IMG/VR virus record: IMGVR_UViG_3300045988_037305
Span: 1-40,116 of that record
Reading direction: 5' to 3' (one strand)
DNA: 40,116 nt
DNA from: a virus
This document shows positions 26,041 to 33,521 of this stretch, in pieces; position 1 is the first letter of the stretch, and every line of letters starts with the position of its first letter. The translations under genes and the position numbers were made by a program. The notes beneath the pieces are model-generated. The model ran no database searches, was not told where the DNA came from, and was given only the letters and a program-made list of their open reading frames with translations.

Positions 26041-26071
26041 CAAATTTAATGCAAAGTTTTTGCATATCAAA
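26041..26071 (-). promoter_or_regulatory. Bacteroidota-type promoter with a palindromic spacer
   Basis: The minus strand reads TTTG (reverse complement of 26068-26071), 19 nt, then TAAATTTG (reverse complement of 26041-26048). The 19-nt spacer contains the perfect palindrome atgcaaa-gtt-tttgcat (26049-26065). Confidence 0.55.
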
Positions 26072-26103
26072 CTAAAACGCACAAAATCAACGATATGTTA
26101 AAC

Positions 26104-26133
26104 AAAAAAAGGGGTTGCACAGAATGCAACCCC
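26104..26133 (-). terminator. Strong intrinsic terminator after terL
   Basis: ggggttgca (26111-26119) pairs with tgcaacccc (26125-26133) across a 5-nt loop. On the minus strand it is followed by UUUUUUU (plus-strand A-run 26104-26110). It lies 78 nt downstream of the terL stop. Confidence 0.8.
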
Positions 26134-26210
26134 GTGAAAGTAATTGATAAATTTTTCGCTCTAACCTTATTGCAGTAAGGTATGAACACCTCCAATCATA
26201 AAATATTTTG

Positions 26211-27764
26211 TTAATTCCGTCTCTTAACGCCACGAGTTGCGTGTGCGTATGGCTGTATATTTCCGTCCGCAATCTCCTTTTCATATATCCCGGTCAATCC
26301 GTCCTCCGGGTCGTCGTGCGTGTTGGCATCGAACTTACGCAAGAACCCCGTAACATGGTCGTACACGGCTTTATATCGGGTTTCCCAACCAAATGGCATG
26401 ATAATACATTGGTTTACCATTGCTGACGCTGTGATTACCCGGCTTTCTTTGTTTCCGCCTTGATAAAACGGTTCTGTCATTGACCGGACTTTCTTTTTAA
26501 TAACCTTTTCATAACCCGCACCGCCGTTGTTGCTCTCAACCCATACTTTTTGCGTGCCGTTCCGGTTTATCATTGCCGGAACGGTTATGGTTGTCACGTC
26601 CGTATTTTCATCCGTAATTTCCATATCGGTAATAAGCGCATACAATATCGGCTCCATACGCTTTGTTTGTTCATTGAAAAACAGATTGGGCGATTTGTAA
26701 ATGTCATACGTTGCGGCGAACAGTAGGTCGTCGCCCTCGTCGGCAACGTCAATGTATGCGCCGGAACGGATGTACATCCCGTAATCGGATTTTTCAACCC
26801 ACGTTTTGAAAGGTTGGTACAATCGACCCTCTGCGGAACCGGGGTTGCCTTGATACAGGCATTGAAATTGCACCGGGTCCAAAGCCTTTTGCGCCTCCAA
26901 CTTTTGCTTACTGTGTCGGCTTTCCCATAATGCCGCCCCCGGCTCCCGTGGGTCTATCTCGGTCGGTTCCCCGGTTTTCAACCCCTCAAAGTTTATGCGC
27001 ACCCACGCCCCCGGCGGTACGTTCTGCAAGTCCGCCCAACACGTAACATCAATAATCGTTTCCCCGCTCTTTTCAATACGCCCTATCAAATCATCGTCAT
27101 GCCAACGGGTAAATACAATCAATTCCTGACTATCATTGTGTAAACGGGTGCGTACAACGGTCGTGTACCATTTCCACGCCGCCGCCCGTACTATCGGGCT
27201 GTTTCCCTCGGCGTAATCCTTATACACGTCATCCAATATCGAAACGTCCACGGTTTTAGACGTTAGCGAACCGCCACGTCCGACGACACGCAACGACCCC
27301 TTACGCCCGACCATTTCGATAACATCGGAATTGCGCAAATAGGTATTCGACATCGTTACGACGTTCGACCCATTTAAGTACGTCCCGGGGAATAGTTCCC
27401 GATACCGGGGCGTGTCGATTATCCGCTGAACGTCTCGGTTGAAATCTCGTGCGATTGTCGCCGCATACGAACCGATACATATTTTGCGGTCGGGGTCTAA
27501 TCCCAACATAAATGCGGGTAATTTGCGGCTCGACCCCTCCGATTTGCCATGTTGAGGCGGCTGTTGTACAATCATCTTTCGGATTTCGCCATGCGCAAAC
27601 ATATCCAACAGGGTATAATATACGACATGGAATGGTTCCAACACCAAATCCGGTTGCATATACCGGGCAAAGTTGATAAGACGTTTACGAGCGGCGGCTC
27701 GCACCAATTCGCCGGGGTCTGCCTTGATTGCCTCGTACATCTTTAATAATTCCTCATTACTCAT
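26211..27764 (-). CDS. terL: Terminase large subunit
   Basis: 517 aa. It has a Walker A-like segment VQQPPQHGKSEGSS and a Walker B-like segment VDVSILDDVYKD. The C-terminal nuclease half includes YIDVADEGDD and KFDANTHDDPEDG. It lies in the packaging position upstream of the head genes. Confidence 0.85.
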   Translation of the reverse strand: MSNEELLKMYEAIKADPGELVRAAARKRLINFARYMQPDLVLEPFHVVYYTLLDMFAHGEIRKMIVQQPPQHGKSEGSSRKLPAFMLGLDPDRKICIGSYAATIARDFNRDVQRIIDTPRYRELFPGTYLNGSNVVTMSNTYLRNSDVIEMVGRKGSLRVVGRGGSLTSKTVDVSILDDVYKDYAEGNSPIVRAAAWKWYTTVVRTRLHNDSQELIVFTRWHDDDLIGRIEKSGETIIDVTCWADLQNVPPGAWVRINFEGLKTGEPTEIDPREPGAALWESRHSKQKLEAQKALDPVQFQCLYQGNPGSAEGRLYQPFKTWVEKSDYGMYIRSGAYIDVADEGDDLLFAATYDIYKSPNLFFNEQTKRMEPILYALITDMEITDENTDVTTITVPAMINRNGTQKVWVESNNGGAGYEKVIKKKVRSMTEPFYQGGNKESRVITASAMVNQCIIMPFGWETRYKAVYDHVTGFLRKFDANTHDDPEDGLTGIYEKEIADGNIQPYAHATRGVKRRN

Positions 27765-28009
27765 GGTCGTACTATTTTATCGGGTGTGACTATCAATTCG
27801 CCGGGCTTTTTCGGTATCCAATTGCAACACGCCCTTTCGCTCCTTATCCGGGAACGGTTCGGGGTAAACGTGCAACGGCAACAAATCGGCAATTTATTGG
27901 CAACATCTAAATTCGCATGCTCGAAATACCAAACACCGTGTCCGCAATCTCCGCAATAATGGTTCGTTTTGGGGGCAACCTGTTTAACAACATTAATTCG
28001 CTTTGCCAT
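27761..28009 (-). CDS. Cys-rich small protein (zinc-ribbon-like)
   Basis: 82 aa: HYCGDCGHGVWYF...LPICCRCTF...ERACCNWIPKK. Its start and stop overlap the neighbouring genes (terS-like upstream, terL downstream). Confidence 0.5.
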   Translation of the reverse strand: MAKRINVVKQVAPKTNHYCGDCGHGVWYFEHANLDVANKLPICCRCTFTPNRSRIRSERACCNWIPKKPGELIVTPDKIVRP

Positions 28010-28692
28010 TATTGCGCCCCTCCTTTCTCGGCGATTATCTTTTGAAATTCTGCGGACTGCAATTTGTCGGCGACGGCAAACAACAGGTCGTCCGGGATTG
28101 CCTTAACATCGTATTTCGGTTTATTGTCGTCCGTCCCGGCATTGTATCCGGGTATCTCAATTTTAACGGGCGCATCAAATCCCAACATCTTTGCACGGCG
28201 TTGTTGAATGCTCAACAGCAAGTCCAAAAATCGGGGATTGCCCGCCGACGTTTCAATGGTCGTTTCGTCATATCCGTAATATTCCGGGTCGGTGTCGGTC
28301 GCATCCGTTTTAATGGGACGCACCCGGTTGGTTTTCTCTTTTGTGCGTTGCTTTCCGGTTTTGGATACTTCCCACGCCTCCCACGCTTGTTGCTCCATTG
28401 CGTCCAACTTGCGCAATTCCTGTGTAACGTAATCGTCGATGTTATCCAACCGTTCCCGCTTCCATTCTATCAGCGTTTGCTGTAGGTCGTAATACACCAT
28501 TGCCAACGATATTGTATAACCCGCACCCCGTTTGGCTAAATCTGCGTTCAACGCCGCCACAATTTCCCGGTATGTATAACCACGTAAGAAAAGATTGGAA
28601 CAAAACGAAATATCGTAATCCCGTTGTTCCTCGGTGCGCTTATTGTATCCGGCGGGCTTCCGTCTTTTGTTGACCTTGCTCAATTTTTCCAT
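28009..28692 (-). CDS. Terminase small subunit candidate
   Basis: 227 aa. It has a basic N-terminus and an HTH-like segment (LRGYTYREIVAALNADLAKRGAGYTISLAMVYYDL), followed by a helical region. It is the first gene after the late promoter candidate and lies two genes upstream of terL. Confidence 0.5.
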   Translation of the reverse strand: MEKLSKVNKRRKPAGYNKRTEEQRDYDISFCSNLFLRGYTYREIVAALNADLAKRGAGYTISLAMVYYDLQQTLIEWKRERLDNIDDYVTQELRKLDAMEQQAWEAWEVSKTGKQRTKEKTNRVRPIKTDATDTDPEYYGYDETTIETSAGNPRFLDLLLSIQQRRAKMLGFDAPVKIEIPGYNAGTDDNKPKYDVKAIPDDLLFAVADKLQSAEFQKIIAEKGGAQ

Positions 28693-28943
28693 TGTTCAAC
28701 CCCTTTTAATGTTCAAAACAGGATATAGAAACCGCCCGGCGTCCTTTTCTCGGCTTATCGCCTTTATCGGCTTTCCGTCCTTTGGTCTGCCTTTTCCCCC
28801 TTTGGGTTCCTTTCCCCTGTTTACCCTCCTTAAAACGTTGCTTACCCTTTTGCAAGTTATTTGCACGGAATTTCCATTTTAAGAGGTTTTTTTGTTTTAT
28901 CTGATACTTTCTATATCTCGGCGGTTATCTTTTAACCACGGGG

Positions 28944-28975
28944 CAAATTTACGGCTTTTCCGCCGTATTGCCAAC
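28944..28975 (-). promoter_or_regulatory. Promoter candidate for the packaging operon
   Basis: The reverse complement of caaattta at 28944-28951 is TAAATTTG. A GTTG -33-like element lies 20 nt upstream on the minus strand. The site sits directly after a terminator and about 250 nt upstream of the terS-like ATG. Confidence 0.45.
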
Positions 28976-29002
28976 CGTTTGTTCTATCTCACATATAAAC
29001 GG

Positions 29003-29028
29003 CAAAACCCCGGCTTTGTTTCCGGGGC
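29003..29028 (-). terminator. Intrinsic terminator ending the replication/accessory operon
   Basis: ccccgg (29008-29013) pairs with ccgggg (29022-29027) across an 8-nt loop. On the minus strand it is followed by UUUU (plus-strand aaaa 29004-29007). It lies 8 nt downstream of the stop at 29036. Confidence 0.55.
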
Positions 29029-29035
29029 TGATTAC

Positions 29036-29251
29036 CTAATTTCCCAAGCCTATTTCGTACCTACCATTTGAGCAACGAAAATGCGGTTGGGTTCCTCGGG
29101 GGGCGTCTATTCTATTACCCCCTTTTATTATCTTCAACGCCAAACATACTGGGGCGGGATTCCCTTTAACCGGAAATTCCGGGTCAAACCATCGACACGT
29201 CCCGCATATCTTTTCGGGCTTCGATTGTCCGGGGCAATTACTTTTTCCCAT
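29036..29251 (-). CDS. Cys-rich small protein
   Basis: 71 aa: KICGTCRWFDPEFPVKGNPAPVCLAL...HFRCSNGRYE. It overlaps the upstream gene by 14 nt and is followed by a terminator. Confidence 0.4.
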   Translation of the reverse strand: MGKSNCPGQSKPEKICGTCRWFDPEFPVKGNPAPVCLALKIIKGGNRIDAPRGTQPHFRCSNGRYEIGLGN

Positions 29252-29579
29252 TGTCGCACCCTTTCCTTTTGTTTGCTCGGCGTTTATCCCGTGGGTTCCT
29301 TTTCGGCATTTCGCCCCGGTATATTTCCACCTTAGACCCGGGGAACATCTTACCGAAAAATTCCGCCACTGCTTGCACCTCCTTTGGGACGTCGAACGCC
29401 TCCGGCTTCTTTGCCCCGTGCCAATTGTCCCTTAGTTTAGACGCTTCGGCGAAATTCTCCATTGCTTCAACTGCGACTTTCGCCAATATGAAATCCGGGG
29501 TATCGTTGAAATTCGCTTCCAACGAATTACGGTTGATAACCTCGGCAATCTCTTTCAAAAACTTTACTCTTTTGTTCAT
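29238..29579 (-). CDS. Hypothetical protein with a basic C-terminal tail
   Basis: 113 aa with an ATG start. Its C-terminus is PKRNPRDKRRANKRKGCDNGKK. Confidence 0.45.
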   Translation of the reverse strand: MNKRVKFLKEIAEVINRNSLEANFNDTPDFILAKVAVEAMENFAEASKLRDNWHGAKKPEAFDVPKEVQAVAEFFGKMFPGSKVEIYRGEMPKRNPRDKRRANKRKGCDNGKK

Positions 29580-29582
29580 GCT

Positions 29583-30296
29583 TTATTGATTTTTGGGTTT
29601 GTACTCCTTGCAAGGCAAATCGCCGCATGATTGTTCGGATTTAAATGCCTCGCAATAACCGTTCCCGTTGACATCCTCATTTGTAAAGTTGGCGCAACCC
29701 CCGCATCCCTTACCCCGGAGTTCTTTCGGTACGCTTACGCCTTTCGGCTCAAACTCACGGGTAAACTCTCTTTCCGGGCGGGTTGTCAATCGTCCGTCCG
29801 GTTCTCGGATAATGTAGTACGTTTCGGGGGCATCGATGAATATGCCGTTGTTGTCCGGAAATGAATATACCGCCCGCCCGTTCGGGGTTCTCGGTATCGT
29901 CATGGTTCCGCCTCCGGTAAATCTCAACAGGTCGTCCAAATTGTCCCGGCGCACCTGTATTGCGTCAACTTCCAATAACGTACGGCAATATCGGGTCCCC
30001 ACCGTAGCGTCCGGCTCAACTAATCGGGTGCGTATTTGTTCCGGGTATTCCGTCGGGTCGTACTCGACGTTGAAAATAACGGCGGCTTCTAACGTATGGG
30101 TAACTAACAAGCGGTCCCTCAATCGTCCGGCGACTGCCTGTTTCAGTGCTTCAATTGCTTTTTCCTGCATCTCGGTTGTATCAACCGTAATTTCGTAATG
30201 GTCGGGTTTTTCCTCGACCTCCGGTTGGCTTTTGGCAATATCGCCAATCATAACCGACAATTCCGCATCAAATGGGTTTAACTTACCTTTTGTCAT
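29583..30296 (-). CDS. Hypothetical protein with a C-terminal Cys4-type module
   Basis: 237 aa. The C-terminal segment is KGCGGCANFTNEDVNGNGYCEAFKSEQSCGDLPCKEYKPK. Confidence 0.5.
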   Translation of the reverse strand: MTKGKLNPFDAELSVMIGDIAKSQPEVEEKPDHYEITVDTTEMQEKAIEALKQAVAGRLRDRLLVTHTLEAAVIFNVEYDPTEYPEQIRTRLVEPDATVGTRYCRTLLEVDAIQVRRDNLDDLLRFTGGGTMTIPRTPNGRAVYSFPDNNGIFIDAPETYYIIREPDGRLTTRPEREFTREFEPKGVSVPKELRGKGCGGCANFTNEDVNGNGYCEAFKSEQSCGDLPCKEYKPKNQ

Positions 30297-30308
30297 CGCT
30301 CTAATTTT

Positions 30309-30509
30309 TTATTCGTTCTTTGTTCTTAGAATGCGCCAACCGCCCCCCCGGTGCAAACGTCCCGGTCTATATTGCAACGGACGCACCGTTGAGTTTCCGG
30401 GGTCGTCTGCTAACCTTTGGGCGGCTCTTATATCGTCCACAAATATACGGATTTTTCCGTTTACTTTTCCCGTTTTATCCAAACAAAGCGGATACCAATG
30501 CCGAAACAA
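30309..30509 (-). CDS. Hypothetical ORF without an ATG start (may be the 3' half of a frameshifted gene with 30461..30673)
   Basis: 66 aa as listed. The start codon at 30509 is TTG. The frame is open from 30557 and contains no ATG. It overlaps the upstream ORF by 49 nt in the -1 frame. Confidence 0.25.
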   Translation of the reverse strand: MFRHWYPLCLDKTGKVNGKIRIFVDDIRAAQRLADDPGNSTVRPLQYRPGRLHRGGGWRILRTKNE

Positions 30510-30673
30510 AATGCTTTCAACTCCAAATCCAAATAACGGTCGTACCCGTTTATTGCGTCAACAGATACCCCAAATTGCCAACTATGATATTGCCAATACT
30601 CATGGGCGTAAACATAGACGCCAACCCGCCCAACGTGTATGCCTGCTCCGACGGTGTGTTTGTCCTTACTCAT
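30461..30673 (-). CDS. Hypothetical small protein
   Basis: 70 aa. It overlaps the ASCH-like gene stop by 8 nt. It is aromatic-rich (YVYAHEYWQYHSWQF). Confidence 0.35.
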   Translation of the reverse strand: MSKDKHTVGAGIHVGRVGVYVYAHEYWQYHSWQFGVSVDAINGYDRYLDLELKAFCFGIGIRFVWIKREK

Positions 30674-31181
30674 TGTGCGCCTCCTTTCTTGCTAATTCAT
30701 AACCCTTTTTATCCATTACCATTGCCACGGGGTACGGCAATATACAATCTTTGGTATATACGAGATTATAGATACCCAATTGCCCCTTAATTGGCATTTC
30801 AATAACACGTCTTGGGTTGCGCATCATCCATCCGAAACCCTTTGTTATTTTCGCCCTCTTTTCCTTTGGAATCCGGGTGTTTTCCCAATCCTCCGGCGTA
30901 AACTCGGCGACGGGCTTAGTTTCGTATAATTCTACCAACCCCAACGTAACCCCGTTTTCGTATCCCGGCAAATCCGGATTCTTTGACGAACAAATCAAAA
31001 GGTCGCCCCGGTACGTCGTGTTTTTGCTTCGTACTTCAATCGACTTTTCGGCGTAAATAATCCCGTCATCCTCAAACGCCGCCGTTACCAACTGCGTTGC
31101 ATACGGGTTTTTTACTGTCAACGCCCGCCAACGGTCGTGTTGGGCGGGGTTATAATCTTTACTACTAAACTGCATAATCAT
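30666..31181 (-). CDS. ASCH (PUA-like fold) domain protein
   Basis: 171 aa. ALTVKNPYATQLVTAAFEDDGIIYAEKSIEVRSKNTTYRGDLLICSS matches the usual ASCH opening pattern (P.A..I..G.K..E.R...T.YRG.LLI). It has an ATGA overlap with the upstream gene. Confidence 0.5.
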   Translation of the reverse strand: MIMQFSSKDYNPAQHDRWRALTVKNPYATQLVTAAFEDDGIIYAEKSIEVRSKNTTYRGDLLICSSKNPDLPGYENGVTLGLVELYETKPVAEFTPEDWENTRIPKEKRAKITKGFGWMMRNPRRVIEMPIKGQLGIYNLVYTKDCILPYPVAMVMDKKGYELARKEAHNE

Positions 31182-31357
31182 TTCTTATTATCGGTTTCGT
31201 CCTCGCTTTCGTCGCCGGGTTCCGGACAATAGACAAATCCAATTTGCCGGACGTTTTGGATTGGTTCGTAAATGATAATGGCAATATCGCCGTCCGTCTT
31301 TACGCCAACCAATCGGCAATCGGCGGGGACCTCAACCCGTATTTCACTTTTTTTCAT
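31178..31357 (-). CDS. Small protein with an acidic tail
   Basis: This is track ORF 31178..31414 trimmed to the ATG at 31357 (MKKSEIRVEVPADCRLVGVKTDGDIAIIIYEPIQNVRQIGFVYCPEPGDESEDETDNKK). It overlaps the radical SAM gene stop by 14 nt. Confidence 0.4.
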   Translation of the reverse strand: MKKSEIRVEVPADCRLVGVKTDGDIAIIIYEPIQNVRQIGFVYCPEPGDESEDETDNKK

Positions 31358-32180
31358 TGTTAAACAAATCCCAATTAACAGGGACACAATACCCCGGCAA
31401 TTCTCCCCGGTCAATACCTAACGGATTAACAATACTGTCTTTCCAATAGATACGGGGTTGTTCCGGGCGTTCCTCCCAAAGTTCCGTAATCATGTCGTAA
31501 ATCAATCGTATTTCCCGTTTCGGATATTTACCACCTCTTTGCAACCCGATTTTATACAGGTCAACGAACGAATATGACAATTTGATTATCTCAATCGCCC
31601 GGTCGTACATTCCCGGCGGGATTGGCTCCACGCTTGCAAAGGTGCGGAACCCGTGGCGTTTTGCCCGTGCCAACACATTAGCCCGCATCGTATTTGGGTC
31701 GGCGTTCGGCTCCAATTCGTCGCAACCTGTCAACGTTGCGCCCAAAGCGATATAGGACACGTTCCAACCCTCGGACGCCTTGGCAAAATCAATGAAGCGG
31801 TTCAACCCCTCGGCGCATTTGCTCAATATCTTAACCGGGACGCCGTGGCGTTGGCATACTCCGACCGCTTGACGGGTCAACCGTTCCGTTTCCGGCAACA
31901 ACGGGTCGGTCGTGAACGAAAAGAACAACCCCGTTTTCTGCAATTCCTCCTTATGCGCCACCAATTCGTTTTTGAAAATATCCAAAGCGTATGGATATTT
32001 CCGCAACGCCTTTTTCAACTCCGGGCGATTGCCTCCCAATACTTTTGCGCCACGACCTTTGCGCAAATAACAGTAAGTACAGCCATTGGAACAACCGACA
32101 AAGAAATTGGCGGCGTTCTCGGCGTATTCCCCGGCTTTACCTTTGGGGCTGTAAATAACCCGTCCGTTTATCGCTCCCAT
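31344..32180 (-). CDS. Radical SAM enzyme (SplB/COG1533-like layout)
   Basis: 278 aa. It has the canonical CX3CX2C cluster near the N-terminus (FFVGCSNGCTYCYLRKG). The length and N-terminal position of the motif resemble spore-photoproduct-lyase-like radical SAM proteins. Confidence 0.65.
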   Translation of the reverse strand: MGAINGRVIYSPKGKAGEYAENAANFFVGCSNGCTYCYLRKGRGAKVLGGNRPELKKALRKYPYALDIFKNELVAHKEELQKTGLFFSFTTDPLLPETERLTRQAVGVCQRHGVPVKILSKCAEGLNRFIDFAKASEGWNVSYIALGATLTGCDELEPNADPNTMRANVLARAKRHGFRTFASVEPIPPGMYDRAIEIIKLSYSFVDLYKIGLQRGGKYPKREIRLIYDMITELWEERPEQPRIYWKDSIVNPLGIDRGELPGYCVPVNWDLFNNEKK

Positions 32181-32192
32181 ATCGGCGGCGGT

Positions 32193-32600
32193 TTAAAATG
32201 GTAAATCGTCGTTTCTGTCGGGGGCGGGTGCATCCGGCACGGGCGGCGGTACTTGCGCCCCGGTCGCTTTCGGGGTCAACATTTCCATATCGGTTGCGAC
32301 TATCTCGGTAACGTACCGTTTCACGCCGTTGGCGTCGTCATAACTTCGGGTTCGCAATTCCCCCTCAATATATAGCCTGTCGCCTTTTTTGACGTACTGT
32401 TTGGCAACCTTTGCCAAACCGTTTTGCAAAACGATATTATGCCATTCGGTACGTTCTGGGACCTGTCGCCCATCCTTGGTGGTAAAACCTCGTTTCGTGG
32501 TTGCTAACGAAAAGGTCGCCACGCAACCGCCATTGTCGAACTCCTTAAAATCCGGGGCTTTCCCGGTGTGTCCTAATAAAATAACCTTGTTTACACTCAT
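32193..32600 (-). CDS. ssb: Single-stranded DNA-binding protein
   Basis: 135 aa. It has an OB-fold pattern (MSVNKVILLGHTGKAPDFKEF..GG.VATFSLATT...TEWHNIVLQNGLAKVAKQYVKKGDRLYIEGELRTRSY), a Pro-rich linker and the canonical acidic tail NDDLPF. Confidence 0.9.
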   Translation of the reverse strand: MSVNKVILLGHTGKAPDFKEFDNGGCVATFSLATTKRGFTTKDGRQVPERTEWHNIVLQNGLAKVAKQYVKKGDRLYIEGELRTRSYDDANGVKRYVTEIVATDMEMLTPKATGAQVPPPVPDAPAPDRNDDLPF

Positions 32601-32611
32601 AATTTAACGTT

Positions 32612-32722
32612 TTAGATTATCCTCCTAATGATACTATACACCGCCCACATGTAAGACGCAACCGTTAACGTCACGAACGTGTATACCGCAATTTTATATC
32701 CGGTTTTTGGTTTTATTTTCAT
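32612..32722 (-). CDS. Possible 36-aa membrane peptide
   Basis: This ORF is not in the track because it is under 60 aa. My translation is MKIKPKTGYKIAVYTFVTLTVASYMWAVYSIIRRII. Its ATG shares one base with the upstream TGA (TGATG). It fills the otherwise non-coding gap upstream of ssb. Confidence 0.3.
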   Translation of the reverse strand: MKIKPKTGYKIAVYTFVTLTVASYMWAVYSIIRRII

Positions 32723-33069
32723 CACTTGAATTTTACGCAGTCAAATAAATATTGTTTCTTACTGTCCGACCATCCGGCGGCATTATTTATCGCTCTGCGG
32801 TCGTCGTCATGTACGAACTCGCAAACCCAACCGCCGACGCTTGATTCTTGAACAAGTCGAACCAATTTACCAACAATGAAAGAACGCAGTTTATAATAAC
32901 TTGAATTTTCGCCAACAAACAAAACCCGTCTTTCTGCATTTATTTCGGGCGGATTTTCGATTTGCGGGCGTTTTTCCTCTTTGGGGTATCTCTGTACCCT
33001 TTGGAAATCTCGTTTGATTGACGCCCGGGAAATTGCCCCAAAATCGGGCGTTCTCTTTTTTGTTCTCAT
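32722..33069 (-). CDS. Hypothetical protein
   Basis: 115 aa. Its ATG overlaps the stop of the HNH-like gene. No motif was recognised. Confidence 0.45.
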   Translation of the reverse strand: MRTKKRTPDFGAISRASIKRDFQRVQRYPKEEKRPQIENPPEINAERRVLFVGENSSYYKLRSFIVGKLVRLVQESSVGGWVCEFVHDDDRRAINNAAGWSDSKKQYLFDCVKFK

Positions 33070-33518
33070 TAGCGGATTTGTAATTCTTGATACTCTTTTT
33101 TCATTAACTCAATAAGCCGCATATTTGCCGGATATATTCGCATTTTCTGACGGTCGCCATTCTCCCAACAGTTGTGCATTTCGAAGCAAAGTATATTGAT
33201 ATTTCGTGGGTCGTGCGCCATCTCCGGATATGCTCCACGGGGCAATATGTGGGAACAATACGTTGCTGAAAAATTGTGCAAAGGTCGCAACGTTTCTTCG
33301 CATTGGTGCGGCTTATGCTCCCAAACCCACCTAAAAAACCGTTCGTTTGCCTGTGGGACAGTCCCACGACCAAAAACGCAATGTCCGAACAATTCCCGTT
33401 GGATTTCGACACGCAACCGAATATCCATTGTAAACCGCTTGTAATCCAATAGGGGGCAAAACCCCCTATCGGTTACAAATTGGTATTCCTCCCGGTCTGT
33501 TAGCAATATCGGCTTCAT
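33069..33518 (-). CDS. HNH (His-Me finger) endonuclease-like protein
   Basis: 149 aa. HQCEETLRPL...YCSHILPRGAYPEMAHDPRNINILCFEMHNCWENG fits an H...N...H arrangement with flanking Cys/His residues. Confidence 0.45.
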   Translation of the reverse strand: MKPILLTDREEYQFVTDRGFCPLLDYKRFTMDIRLRVEIQRELFGHCVFGRGTVPQANERFFRWVWEHKPHQCEETLRPLHNFSATYCSHILPRGAYPEMAHDPRNINILCFEMHNCWENGDRQKMRIYPANMRLIELMKKEYQELQIR

Positions 33519-33521
33519 TGC

